Origin: Candidatus Eremiobacteria bacterium
GTDB lineage: Bacteria > Vulcanimicrobiota > Vulcanimicrobiia > Vulcanimicrobiales > Vulcanimicrobiaceae
Assembly (NCBI GenBank): GCA_963737065.1
Contig: CAVTRC010000001.1
Coordinates: 192,001-256,000 of the forward strand
Direction: 5' to 3'
DNA: 64,000 nt
The translations under genes and the position numbers were made by a program. Positions within the stretch are counted from its first letter, which is position 1. The number at the start of each line of letters is the position of its first letter. Below are positions 31,459 through 41,057 of this stretch, in pieces. Below the pieces are notes generated by a model that searched no databases, was not told where the DNA came from, and saw nothing but the letters and a program-made list of their open reading frames with translations.

Positions 31459-31888
31459 ACGTCGACCCTCCTTCGCCGCCCGCTACACTGCGCTGCGCGT
31501 GCTTCATGACCTTGAACTGCCCGACGGCCATGTTCCACGTCTCGCGGTAGTCACGGAAATACGGCAACAAGCGCTCGACGCGGCTCGCGTCCTTCTGCAT
31601 GTTCGCCATCACGAGTTCGTGATGCCAGAATTCGTAGACGCGGAAGAGATTTTTTGAGAGGTCGCCGCCGATCTCCATATCGAGCGATCCCATCAGCAAA
31701 CTGCACGCGCGCTGCGCGCGGAGCAGCGCCTTGTGAATGCCGGTGATATCGTCGCGGTCGCTCGTCAGTTTCTCGAACGCTTGTTGTCCCGCGATAATGA
31801 GCACGTCGAAGATCTTGACGATCAAGTCTTCTTTCGACGCGGTCGCGATCGACGTCTCGAGATATTTCTGTTCGACGGATGCCTTCAT
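31442..31888 (-). CDS. fliS: Flagellin export chaperone
   Basis: YLETSIATAS, LMGSLDMEIGGDLSKNLFRVYEF, RETW. Confidence 0.92.
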   Translation of the reverse strand: MKASVEQKYLETSIATASKEDLIVKIFDVLIIAGQQAFEKLTSDRDDITGIHKALLRAQRACSLLMGSLDMEIGGDLSKNLFRVYEFWHHELVMANMQKDASRVERLLPYFRDYRETWNMAVGQFKVMKHAQRSVAGGEGGSTFAAVG

Positions 31889-31894
31889 GAGACG

Positions 31895-33898
31895 TTAAGC
31901 GCCGCTGCTCTGGCTGAAAAAGCCGGAAAGCTGCTGTTGCAGCGATTGATAGACCGCCAATTGACCTTCCGTTGAAGTGAACTCGGTACGGAGTTGATCC
32001 GCCTGCATGTTCGCGTTGTCCGTGATTTGCTGGATTTGTGCGGTGAGCGAGGAAATGCGGTCCGTGTTCGTGTTTTCGAACCCTTGCACGATCGCGACAC
32101 CGCCGTCGGGCATCTCGCCCACGATGCCGTTGGTGAGAAGGGTTGGCAATCCCGTGACGTTGCCGAGGTAGCTCCCGAGGCTGCTCGTCAGGCTGCCGGA
32201 ACCTTGAAAAATCTGCTGAACCTGGCTCGGATTCGCGGCGAGAGCAGCGGTCAACTTCGACACGTCGAGCGCTTGAAACGTTCCGTCCGTTCCCTGCATC
32301 TGTTGCGTGGAAACGGGTTGGTTCGGGTTTGTAGAACTCGTGTTACCACTCGTCGAGGACGTCGAGAGCGTCGTGAACGAATCGGTTAGCTGCAGACCGA
32401 TTGATGCTAAGGAGTTGTACGAGCCGTTCGAACTCCCGAAAAAGCCCGTTACAAGACTCGTCAGCTCGTTCTTGACGTTCTGAATGTCGCTGTTCCACAG
32501 CACGCCGCCGCCGACCGACGCGGATTGCGCCGTCGTCGAAGAGCCAATTTGCGGCGTGATCACGGCGGGTGCAATCGTTGCGTTGTCGATTTCCGTGACC
32601 GCCGCATTGTAGGCGGATACGAAGGTGTTCAACGCGCTCACGAGTTTCGATGAATCAGACCCGACGCTCACCGTATACGGGGTCGTGAAACCGTTGATGT
32701 TGAGTTGAACGCCGGGGATCGCATTCGTTATTTGATTCGAATTGCTATAGACGGTATTGCTGACGCCCGACGGGCCTTCAACCGTCACGGAAGCCTGCGT
32801 ACCGACCATCGTCGTCGCACCGCTCGTCGTCGTAAGGCCGGCCGCATTCAAGAAATTGCTCGTGTCCCCCGCCGCCCCAACCACGATGTTTTGGGGACCG
32901 GTCGCGCTCGCCGTAAGCGTTATCTTGTTCGTCGTCGCATCGTAGCTCGCGATGACCCCGGCATTGCTCGAGTTGATGCGCGCGACGACCGAAGCAGTGT
33001 TGTCGCCCGACGCGGAGACGTTGATGTGCACGCCGTTGATCGTGAAATAGCCTGACGTCACCGGGGTCGTGTACCCGGCATTCGTCGAGCTGTTAAACGC
33101 GGCGCCCTGGTTGATACCGCCGATGTCCGACGTACTCGTTACACTGCCGCTCGTCGCCGTGTTGTTGATCTGCGCCGACGACAGCTTGAAAACATCGAGC
33201 AAATTGCCCGTATCGCTCGGAGCACCCAATGTGATCGGCTTATCGGTGGACGAAAAGGTGACTTTACCAGTCGACGAATCGAGGCTTGCGTGGAAGCCGG
33301 AATCGATCGGCGTCGCGCCGCCCGCGATGTCGTTATTCAACTTCGTAATGATCGAATCGACCGAATCGACGTTGACGTTGTACGTTAACGTGAAGCCTTG
33401 CACCGTAATGCTGCCGTTTCCGCTCGCGCTGTTGCCGTTTGACGGCGTTACGGCTGCATACGACTTCGCGAGGATCACCTGATCCGAGGGCGGGCTGCCG
33501 TCCACGATCGAGTGCCCGGCCGCCGGATTGTTCGTAACGGTTGTCGCGGCGGCTTGCGTTTGACCGAGAATCGTGTAGGTGCCCGCGACCGGCGTTTGAC
33601 CGGCGATCGAGCTCGCGGCGCCTTCGGCGCTATTGCTCGAAGTCGCCACTGACGAATTGAACAACAGCGGATCGGAAAGGTTGCCCAGTGCGTTTTGCAC
33701 GCAGTTGAGCATATTATTGATCTTGATCAACTCGGTGTTCGCGGCATTGAGCGTGGCGATTTGCGCGTTGAGCGAGACGTTTTGCGAAAGCGTCAGCTGC
33801 GTGAGCTTTGAAATGATCGCGTTATAGTCGATGCCCGAAGCGATGCCGGGAAACGAAACCGGGGGAACGTTAGTACCCGGAACTGAATTCGAGGACAC
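31895..33898 (-). CDS. fliD: Flagellar filament cap protein
   Basis: GIASGIDYNAII, SNQITNAIPGV, FVSAYN, LASIG. Confidence 0.92.
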   Translation of the reverse strand: MSSNSVPGTNVPPVSFPGIASGIDYNAIISKLTQLTLSQNVSLNAQIATLNAANTELIKINNMLNCVQNALGNLSDPLLFNSSVATSSNSAEGAASSIAGQTPVAGTYTILGQTQAAATTVTNNPAAGHSIVDGSPPSDQVILAKSYAAVTPSNGNSASGNGSITVQGFTLTYNVNVDSVDSIITKLNNDIAGGATPIDSGFHASLDSSTGKVTFSSTDKPITLGAPSDTGNLLDVFKLSSAQINNTATSGSVTSTSDIGGINQGAAFNSSTNAGYTTPVTSGYFTINGVHINVSASGDNTASVVARINSSNAGVIASYDATTNKITLTASATGPQNIVVGAAGDTSNFLNAAGLTTTSGATTMVGTQASVTVEGPSGVSNTVYSNSNQITNAIPGVQLNINGFTTPYTVSVGSDSSKLVSALNTFVSAYNAAVTEIDNATIAPAVITPQIGSSTTAQSASVGGGVLWNSDIQNVKNELTSLVTGFFGSSNGSYNSLASIGLQLTDSFTTLSTSSTSGNTSSTNPNQPVSTQQMQGTDGTFQALDVSKLTAALAANPSQVQQIFQGSGSLTSSLGSYLGNVTGLPTLLTNGIVGEMPDGGVAIVQGFENTNTDRISSLTAQIQQITDNANMQADQLRTEFTSTEGQLAVYQSLQQQLSGFFSQSSGA

Positions 33899-33913
33899 GG
33901 TAGCTCCTTGCTG

Positions 33914-34273
33914 CTATGCGTTCTTGTCGAACGTGACGCCGGATTGCTGGTCAAAGAATTTTGCGAGACCCAACAACAGCTCGGGCGGAAACTGCGCGAC
34001 TTCTTTTCCGGTCTTCGGGTCCGAAAATACCGTGACGACGTCGTTGCCTTCGACGCGGTACGAAACGTTCAAACGGACGGGCTGCGAGCCGCCGCCGAAC
34101 AGTTTTGCGATAGCGGGAGCGATGCCGGCGTGGGAATCATCGTTCGCCGGTGATTCCGCCTGCGCTGCGGGGAGGGCGCCCGGCACGCTTCCGGGCGTTT
34201 GTGCTGCTGCCGTCGACTGCGCGACCGCCGGTCCCGGCTGTCCGTCAACTGCTGGAGCCGCTTGAACTTCCAT
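33914..34273 (-). CDS. flaG: FlaG family protein
   Basis: DPKTGKEVAQFPPE...GVTFDKNA, upstream of fliD. Confidence 0.88.
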   Translation of the reverse strand: MEVQAAPAVDGQPGPAVAQSTAAAQTPGSVPGALPAAQAESPANDDSHAGIAPAIAKLFGGGSQPVRLNVSYRVEGNDVVTVFSDPKTGKEVAQFPPELLLGLAKFFDQQSGVTFDKNA

Positions 34274-34308
34274 GTGCGCTCGTTCTCCTTAGAATCCGTC
34301 TTGTTCTA

Positions 34309-34336
34309 AAATCGGCGCCAAGCGCACTTCGGTTTA
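34309..34336 (-). promoter_or_regulatory. sigma28 promoter of flaG-fliD-fliS
   Basis: TAAA-N16-GCCGATTT. Confidence 0.85.
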
Positions 34337-36277
34337 GGCGACCGGAACGGCAGCGGCGTGCCCGTACGCGGTGACGGCGGCGACGAGTGCAGGCCAAGCT
34401 GACGTTGCTGCCGCCTCGCGGAAAGCGGCAACGTCGACGGTGCGTTCCCATGCCGCCCGGAATCCGGCTTCGATCGAAGATACGTCCATCGGGTCGACGG
34501 ATGTCACGAGTTCCGGCCATACGGCCGATGCGTATCCCGGCTTCGGCGCGACGGCGGCCGCGCCGTAACCCATGCCACGCGCGAGACGCGAGAGGCCGCG
34601 AGCCGCCGCACCGACATCGGCAACGACCCGCGCGCGCGCGTAGATACCTTCGATCTCCGGCGCGTGGAGGTCGCCATCGCGAACGAGGGTGACGGCCGGG
34701 CCGGCCGTTTCGGTGAGATAGCCGTAATACTCCACGTTTTGTACGGGCCCGAGAAGGACCAGCGGCAGACGCGTGCGATTGGCGGCGTGGATCGCGAAAT
34801 GCTGATTGCGCTCCGCATCGAGCGGTGCATGAATCAGGATGTACGGCTGCGTACCGACGATGGAACCAATGCGCGAGGACGGCGTAACACAATCGACCGG
34901 AACGCCGGCCGGAATGACGCTTCCGCGGTATCCGAAGCGCTCGCGCAAGAAGTCCGCCTCAGCATCGCAACTGACGAGCGCCGCGGCGGCGCGTTTCATG
35001 AGCACGCCGGAAGCCTCGTCGTAAAGCGAGCCGCTCGCAAGTCCGCCGATTCGACGGCGCGCGAAGGCCCAGTGGTACTCGTCGATCACCGGCGCATCCA
35101 CGGAGCCGCGCGCGATCGACATGCTTCCGTCGCCCGCTAAAATCGTTTCGCCGAACCGGTCGTCCGCATATGGAGTGACGACGACCGGGACGTGTGCGGA
35201 CTCTGCGTCGCGGAGTAATTCGACGAGCGTCGTCCCATGGCGTAAGCCGAACACATGAATCAGGTCGGTGCGACTGATCTCGACGTCGCGCGCGGTGCAG
35301 AGGGCGGCGTCAAAACCTTCGTTGCGTAGTTGTCCGGCGAGCGCGCGGGCCTCGTCGAGATCGGCGTCAGGAAACCGCAGCGCATCGTCACGAACGACGA
35401 GTCGTATGACACCCGAAGATCCGCCGACCGCTTTCGGCGCTTGGATCGACGACGCGACGACCGGAACGTCGTGCTCGGCAACGGCAAACGTGCCGATGAC
35501 CGGCGCATCTTCACAATCGAACGACACCGTAACGTGCATCGGAATCGGCTGCACGATCGAAATCTCGCGGTCATCGTTTCGCGGGCCGCCCTCATACGCG
35601 CTGAAGCGCGCCGCAACGGCATCTTCCCGCGGCCCGACATAACACTCGTATTCGCGCGAGCGGTTCAGCGGCGCCGTACTACGTATCGACGCAAACCACT
35701 GCGCGGAAAGCGGATCTTGTTCGATGCCGATCGATGCGGCCACGTTCGAAAGCGCGGCGGCCGTATTTCCCGCATTACGTCCCGCGACCGCGACGTCTCG
35801 CCCACGCGCGAATCGCTGCGCGTAGACGCCCGGCGCAACGCGTTGAAAAGCTTCGCGATATGGCGCTGCCCCATAAAACCCAGCCGATCGTGCCGCCTCG
35901 AAGCCCGCCCGCGCCTCGTCATGATAGAAACGAATCTGCTCGCTATTGAAGAACCGCGCCGTCGTCAAGCTGCGCAACCACGGTAAGATGCGTTCCTCCA
36001 CCTGCGAAATTTCAGCATCGTTCACAAACGAAAGCGAGCGCGGCCACGCAATCGCCGGCGCTTCGCGCGTCACGAGCATCAGTCCGTTGACGCGTACGAG
36101 CGGAACGAACAACCATTCGCCGGCGCGATGAAACACGAGATCGGCGAACGCCTCCAACCGGGCGGACAGCGTCGGCTCGATCCGCGCGACGGCAACGTAT
36201 TCCGCACGTAGAAGATCATCGGCGCGTGCCCGGTCGAGCGACGGCCAAAGCGCGGAGTGGAAATCATGCACGTTCAT
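34334..36277 (-). CDS. Divergent GT-B (GT4-like) protein with degenerate methyltransferase-like N-terminal region
   Basis: DLIHVFG, PVVVTP, PLVLLGP, VDPMDVSSI. ATG 36277 overlaps the upstream stop. Confidence 0.65.
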   Translation of the reverse strand: MNVHDFHSALWPSLDRARADDLLRAEYVAVARIEPTLSARLEAFADLVFHRAGEWLFVPLVRVNGLMLVTREAPAIAWPRSLSFVNDAEISQVEERILPWLRSLTTARFFNSEQIRFYHDEARAGFEAARSAGFYGAAPYREAFQRVAPGVYAQRFARGRDVAVAGRNAGNTAAALSNVAASIGIEQDPLSAQWFASIRSTAPLNRSREYECYVGPREDAVAARFSAYEGGPRNDDREISIVQPIPMHVTVSFDCEDAPVIGTFAVAEHDVPVVASSIQAPKAVGGSSGVIRLVVRDDALRFPDADLDEARALAGQLRNEGFDAALCTARDVEISRTDLIHVFGLRHGTTLVELLRDAESAHVPVVVTPYADDRFGETILAGDGSMSIARGSVDAPVIDEYHWAFARRRIGGLASGSLYDEASGVLMKRAAAALVSCDAEADFLRERFGYRGSVIPAGVPVDCVTPSSRIGSIVGTQPYILIHAPLDAERNQHFAIHAANRTRLPLVLLGPVQNVEYYGYLTETAGPAVTLVRDGDLHAPEIEGIYARARVVADVGAAARGLSRLARGMGYGAAAVAPKPGYASAVWPELVTSVDPMDVSSIEAGFRAAWERTVDVAAFREAAATSAWPALVAAVTAYGHAAAVPVA

Positions 36278-37578
36278 GGCACCGCGACGCTTTCGAGCAG
36301 CCGGCGCAGCGCGCTCGGACTGCGATCTTTGATCCGATCCGTATCGATCGATACGCGCGCTTCGATGCTTGCGCGCCATGCGGCAAGGTCTTCTTCATCG
36401 CTGATCGCAATATCGGGGCTGCGTTCGGCCGGGACGTTGAGCTTCTCGAGGAGACGCACCAACCGGTGCGCGATCGTTGCAGCACTCGGCTCACCGCGCG
36501 AACCGATCATCAGTGTGACCGGCGATTGTACGTCGAACGCCTGAACGTAACGCCGAACGAACTCGGCGGCCCGCGTCCAGGTTCGCTCGTCTTCTATGGC
36601 GGCGACGAAGACGCATTCGTTGTCCGGCCGAGTGATGGCCGCATCTCCGGAATCCGCCCGAGGCGCCGGGAGCGCTGCATAGTGAACGGTTCGGTCGAAG
36701 CCGCGCACGATGCTTCGCCGTGGATCGTATCCTTCGGTAGGAAGCTCCGCCGATGGATAGCCCCATTTTTCGGCAAACTTTATCCAGTTCGATCGCATGG
36801 TCGCGCCGTAGTCGACGTTGTTCGCAATGAAGGACTGGCTGCCGAAGTGATGGATGAAACTGTCATCGCAGACGTAAATGTGATAGCCCGCCGCGCGCAC
36901 GCGCATCGAAAAGTCGTCGTCCTCGAAGTTTCCGACGGCAAAGCGTTCGTCGAAGCCGCCGACCTGCTCGATGACCCGGCGGTCGATGCACAGACAAAAG
37001 CCGATTGCACGATCGGTAAGGAAACCGCGCTTTTCGAATCGCCGGCGACGCCGCGCGGCGTAGACGTGCATCTCGGCGATCGTTTCGTATTGCGCGTCGA
37101 TCACTTGTTGATCGCCGACGATCTTGTTGCTGCGAGGCGCCGTGACGCCCACGCCGGGGACTCGCGCGAACGGATCCAAGAGCGCGTCGAGCCATCCCTC
37201 GGTGACGATGACGTCATTGTTGAGGACGACGATGTACTCGCCCGACGCGGCGGCGATGCCATCGTTGTTCCCGCCGCCGAAACCGCGATTGCGATCGTTG
37301 TAAACGACGCGAACGTGCGGATCGTCGATCCCGCGCAACATTTCGAGGGTTTCCGGGTTCGAGCCGTTGTCGACGACGATCACTTCATACGGTTCGCTCG
37401 TGTATGCCGCAATCGATTCCAGCGCGGTTTTCGTGTACTGCGGCGCGTTCCAGCTCAGCGTAACGATGGAAACGAGCGCGACGCTGACGCCGGGGCGCGG
37501 CGAGATACGGTTCCATTGCAACGGGATCGGTATCGGCCAAACTCTCGAGCGAACGTCCATGTTTCGACTCGAAAGCAA
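36274..37578 (-). CDS. GT2 glycosyltransferase, C-terminal part of an apparently frameshifted gene
   Basis: VSIVTLSWN, VVDNGS, LNND, GFDERF..GNFEDDDF. No credible start before the domain. Confidence 0.8.
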   Translation of the reverse strand: MLSSRNMDVRSRVWPIPIPLQWNRISPRPGVSVALVSIVTLSWNAPQYTKTALESIAAYTSEPYEVIVVDNGSNPETLEMLRGIDDPHVRVVYNDRNRGFGGGNNDGIAAASGEYIVVLNNDVIVTEGWLDALLDPFARVPGVGVTAPRSNKIVGDQQVIDAQYETIAEMHVYAARRRRRFEKRGFLTDRAIGFCLCIDRRVIEQVGGFDERFAVGNFEDDDFSMRVRAAGYHIYVCDDSFIHHFGSQSFIANNVDYGATMRSNWIKFAEKWGYPSAELPTEGYDPRRSIVRGFDRTVHYAALPAPRADSGDAAITRPDNECVFVAAIEDERTWTRAAEFVRRYVQAFDVQSPVTLMIGSRGEPSAATIAHRLVRLLEKLNVPAERSPDIAISDEEDLAAWRASIEARVSIDTDRIKDRSPSALRRLLESVAVP

Positions 37579-38896
37579 GGTCGCACGCTACGTCTCCTAC
37601 GTTTGCAATACGTTCACCCGCACCTCGGGTAGCATAGCCCATCGGCAAGAGGCGCAGCAGTAAGTCGGCGATCGAACCGTCCATCGTATCCGACGCGTTC
37701 AGTTGCATATCGGCGGGAATCACGTGGAGCGCGAGGATCGTGCAACGCCCGTCGGCGGCAAGCGTTCCGACGTTCTCGCCAAGCGGCAATTGCGGCGAGT
37801 ACGTTGCGGCCGCCGCGGTCTGGCCCGAGACGACCTGCCGATAGAGTTCCTCCAACCAATGCGGCTCGAGTTCGGTATCGCCGCGGACGAACGCCACATG
37901 ACGCACCCCGCGCACGCGCATCGCTTCGCGTGCGCGTTCGAGCGCGTCATCGTCGAACGCCCACACGATCTCACCCACCGGCATTGCGGTGTCGCGGATT
38001 CGCGATGCAAAACCGTCGCGGCCCGCATTCGGCTCGACCGTGTGCACGACGACCGTTACGGGTTGAATTTGAAGGACAAGCGGACTTTTGAGCGTTCGAA
38101 GCGTCTGGTACGGATGGCGCAGCAGGCCTCGCTCGATGAGCTTCGCGACGCCGTCATACACGAATTGTCTGCCCCAACGGCGATGCAACAACTCGGTGTT
38201 CCACGCGACCTTCCGGAAGCGTTGCAGTCCCGATTGCGACTCGAAATGATAGAGCACCGCGTCGCCGGCATAGATCACGCGCAGTCCTTTGCGGCGCACC
38301 TTCAGGCAATAGTCGACATCTTCGTAGCCGTTCCAGTACGCCTCTTCGAGACCGCCGAGCTCTTCATACAACGCGCGCGGCGTCAAGAGACACGCACCCG
38401 TCACCATGTGCAGGTCTTGCACGCGCACCGCGTCGGGATCATCGAATCGAACGAGATAGTTGTGGTGATACGGCATGCCGTCCGGCAAGCCGAACGTGTT
38501 ACCACCTACGACGACCCCGCCATGCTGAACCGTTTTGTCGGGATAGAGAAGCCGCGCGCCGACGATTCCGACGTTGTCTTCGCGCGCATGGTGCAGCATC
38601 GTCCGAAGCCACCCGTCCCAGGGCTCCGTGTCGTTGTTGAGCAGCACGAGAAACTCGCCGCGCGCAACACGTGCGGCTTGATTGTTCGCGCCCGCGAAGC
38701 CGAGATTCGTTTCGTTCCGGATCACTCGAATCGACGGGAACTCTGCGAGAACAGCCGCGGTGTGATCCGTGGAGGCATTGTCGACCACGATCACTTCGCC
38801 GATGCCGGCGCCGGCCGTCGTGCGCGGAATCGCGTCCAGGCAACGCTTCGTCAGATCGGCCTTGTTAAAGACGGGGATAATGATCGAATAATCCAT
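37385..38896 (-). CDS. GT2 glycosyltransferase, N-terminal part of an apparently frameshifted gene
   Basis: SIIIPVFN, VVDNAS, LLNND, VTGACL, EDVDYC. Overlaps the next ORF by 194 nt out of frame. Confidence 0.85.
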   Translation of the reverse strand: MDYSIIIPVFNKADLTKRCLDAIPRTTAGAGIGEVIVVDNASTDHTAAVLAEFPSIRVIRNETNLGFAGANNQAARVARGEFLVLLNNDTEPWDGWLRTMLHHAREDNVGIVGARLLYPDKTVQHGGVVVGGNTFGLPDGMPYHHNYLVRFDDPDAVRVQDLHMVTGACLLTPRALYEELGGLEEAYWNGYEDVDYCLKVRRKGLRVIYAGDAVLYHFESQSGLQRFRKVAWNTELLHRRWGRQFVYDGVAKLIERGLLRHPYQTLRTLKSPLVLQIQPVTVVVHTVEPNAGRDGFASRIRDTAMPVGEIVWAFDDDALERAREAMRVRGVRHVAFVRGDTELEPHWLEELYRQVVSGQTAAAATYSPQLPLGENVGTLAADGRCTILALHVIPADMQLNASDTMDGSIADLLLRLLPMGYATRGAGERIANVGDVACDLAFESKHGRSLESLADTDPVAMEPYLAAPRRQRRARFHRYAELERAAVHENRAGIDCGIHERTV

Positions 38897-38901
38897 CGAC
38901 C

Positions 38902-40968
38902 CTAGCGCCCGATTGCGTTTTCGGCTACGCGTGCCGCTTCTTCAAACCGTCCCTGACGAAGAAAGAACGCCGCGAGTTCGACCGCGCCGCGTGCCCCATC
39001 CGTTTGGGCAATCGAGGCGAGCGCGTCTTCAGCCCGCACGAGGTCGTTGCGTGCTTCAGCAATCGAGGACTTCAAGCGCAATGCGCCGGTGTGCGCGGGC
39101 GCAACCGCAAGGATCTTCTCGACTGCGCCGAGCGCTTCGTCATCGCGATCGAGCGAATGTAAAATGGTCGCGCGCAGAAACATCCCGTCGACGTGCAACG
39201 CCGGCGTGTCCATCGTGATCGCGTCGAGGTGCTCGAACGCAGTTTGAGTGCGGTGAAGCGATGCCGCGGCCGCTGCCGCGTTGAAATGGAGATACGCGTT
39301 GCGCGGCTCGAGCGCTAAGCCCGCTTCGGCTAATCCGAGACTTGCTTCATGATCGCCTTCCCCGCTGCAGCGGTAGGAGCGGCGAACGTAATCGGCGGCG
39401 CGGCGCGGCTCAACTGCTTTCTCGCGCGCGAGCATCCGCTGCAGTGCTTCGTCGTTGCCACCCTCGCGGTACTCCGCTTCCAGCCAATTCAAAATCTCGG
39501 CGGACCCGGGCGCGCGATCCGCTGCCGCTTCTAGGTATCGCAACGCTTCCGGTTTGCCCTTGATGCTCGCGGCGAGCTGCGCGCCTGCGAGAAGCAACTG
39601 CCCAGCGACGTCGTCGCTGAGCGACGGATGACACGCGTCGATGATTGCGATCGCCGCTTCGCCGTCTTTGCGTCGCAAGAGGTAGTTCACGTAGTCGATC
39701 GTCCCGTAATCGTCGCCGAACTCTTCGTACACGTGCCGGAAAAGCGCTCCGGCTTCCGTAAACTGTCCGAGCCGTTCGAGCGCGCGCGCGAGGTTCAACA
39801 TGAGCGGCTGTACCTTCGGCGCGTTGGCGAGGCCTTTACGGAACCACTCGACCGCCGCCGCATCGTCGCCTTGAATTACATAGCTTGAACCGATCTCCGA
39901 ATGCGCCTTCCAAATGGAGACCTGATCGTCGACGACGAACTGCTGATGCACGAATGCGCCGTCAGCGATCGCCTCGAGAAACGCCTCACGTGCTTGCTCG
40001 TAGCGCTGTTGCGCGACGAGCGCTTTGCCCAGTTGAAAGTGCGCGTTCGCGTAGCGGGGAGAGAAGCGCAGCGCGCCGAACGCGATCTCTTCACCCTTCT
40101 TCGGGTCGCCCAGCTTGTCGCAGTACGTCTCCGCCAGGATCGAATATCCGTTTGCAATGAACCCACGCGTTTCATCGCCGTTGAGCGCACGCATATGCTC
40201 GAGCGCGTCACGCGCCGCTTCGAAATCCTTCATCATGAACGCGGTGGTCCCGAGATTGAACCAGACGAAGGGATCGCTCGGATCTTTTTTCGCCGCCGCT
40301 TGAACGATTTCGAAATTTCGTTTTGCCTTGTCGCGCTGCTTGACGACCTCTGTTAAGTATCCATGGTGAATGACGGCGACGGGCGCGTTTACCGCGTTCA
40401 GTCCGCTGGCGCTTTCGTCAAGCGTGACGAACTCGTGAATCAAGCCGCGAAACCGGATACGTTCGTTATTCGGAAAAATGCGCACCAGCGCGTGCGACAT
40501 CTCACCGGTACCGCGGTAGTCGTCGGAGCGGTTGTAACACCGAATCCATACCCCGGTCGTGTGCGCGGGGACGTTTTTCAACGTTTCGAGCACGGGAATC
40601 GACTCCGGCTTGAGTTCTTCGTCGGCATCGAGCATCAAGATCCAGCGACGCGATGCCATTGAGATCGCCTCGTTGCGCGCCCATGCGAAATCGCTGCGCC
40701 ATTGGCGATGCTCGACGCGCGCACCAAACCCATGTGCGATCGCGACGGTGCGATCCGAGGATCCCGTATCGACGATGCAAATCTCATCGGCGACGTTTCC
40801 GACGCTGCGCAAACATTGTTCCAGGAAACGCTCTTCGTTCTTGACGATCATGCATAACGTCAAGCCCGCCGGCTTCTGGACGAATCCCGCGGGCGGTTGC
40901 GGAAGACCGTAGGAAAGAGCTTGTTGCGGCGCGGGCGCCGCGCGCCGCGAGGTCACCCGGATAGGCAT
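38902..40968 (-). CDS. GT2 plus TPR glycosyltransferase (flagellin glycosyltransferase-like)
   Basis: CMIVKNEE, VDTGSSD, DFAWARN, LDADE, IHE, HHGY, then TPR repeats. Directly downstream of fliC. Confidence 0.9.
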   Translation of the reverse strand: MPIRVTSRRAAPAPQQALSYGLPQPPAGFVQKPAGLTLCMIVKNEERFLEQCLRSVGNVADEICIVDTGSSDRTVAIAHGFGARVEHRQWRSDFAWARNEAISMASRRWILMLDADEELKPESIPVLETLKNVPAHTTGVWIRCYNRSDDYRGTGEMSHALVRIFPNNERIRFRGLIHEFVTLDESASGLNAVNAPVAVIHHGYLTEVVKQRDKAKRNFEIVQAAAKKDPSDPFVWFNLGTTAFMMKDFEAARDALEHMRALNGDETRGFIANGYSILAETYCDKLGDPKKGEEIAFGALRFSPRYANAHFQLGKALVAQQRYEQAREAFLEAIADGAFVHQQFVVDDQVSIWKAHSEIGSSYVIQGDDAAAVEWFRKGLANAPKVQPLMLNLARALERLGQFTEAGALFRHVYEEFGDDYGTIDYVNYLLRRKDGEAAIAIIDACHPSLSDDVAGQLLLAGAQLAASIKGKPEALRYLEAAADRAPGSAEILNWLEAEYREGGNDEALQRMLAREKAVEPRRAADYVRRSYRCSGEGDHEASLGLAEAGLALEPRNAYLHFNAAAAAASLHRTQTAFEHLDAITMDTPALHVDGMFLRATILHSLDRDDEALGAVEKILAVAPAHTGALRLKSSIAEARNDLVRAEDALASIAQTDGARGAVELAAFFLRQGRFEEAARVAENAIGR

Positions 40969-40994
40969 CGTTCCTGTTTTCGGCTCACGCTCAT

Positions 40995-41028
40995 AAAAAA
41001 GAAGAGAGCCCGCCGGAGCGGGCTCTCT
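40995..41028 (-). terminator. Rho-independent terminator after flagellin
   Basis: 11-bp stem (41003-41013 with 41018-41028), 4-nt loop, then TCTTTTTT on the minus strand. Confidence 0.9.
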
Positions 41029-41057
41029 GTTTCGCGATTGCTCGCTTGCTTCCGCGT

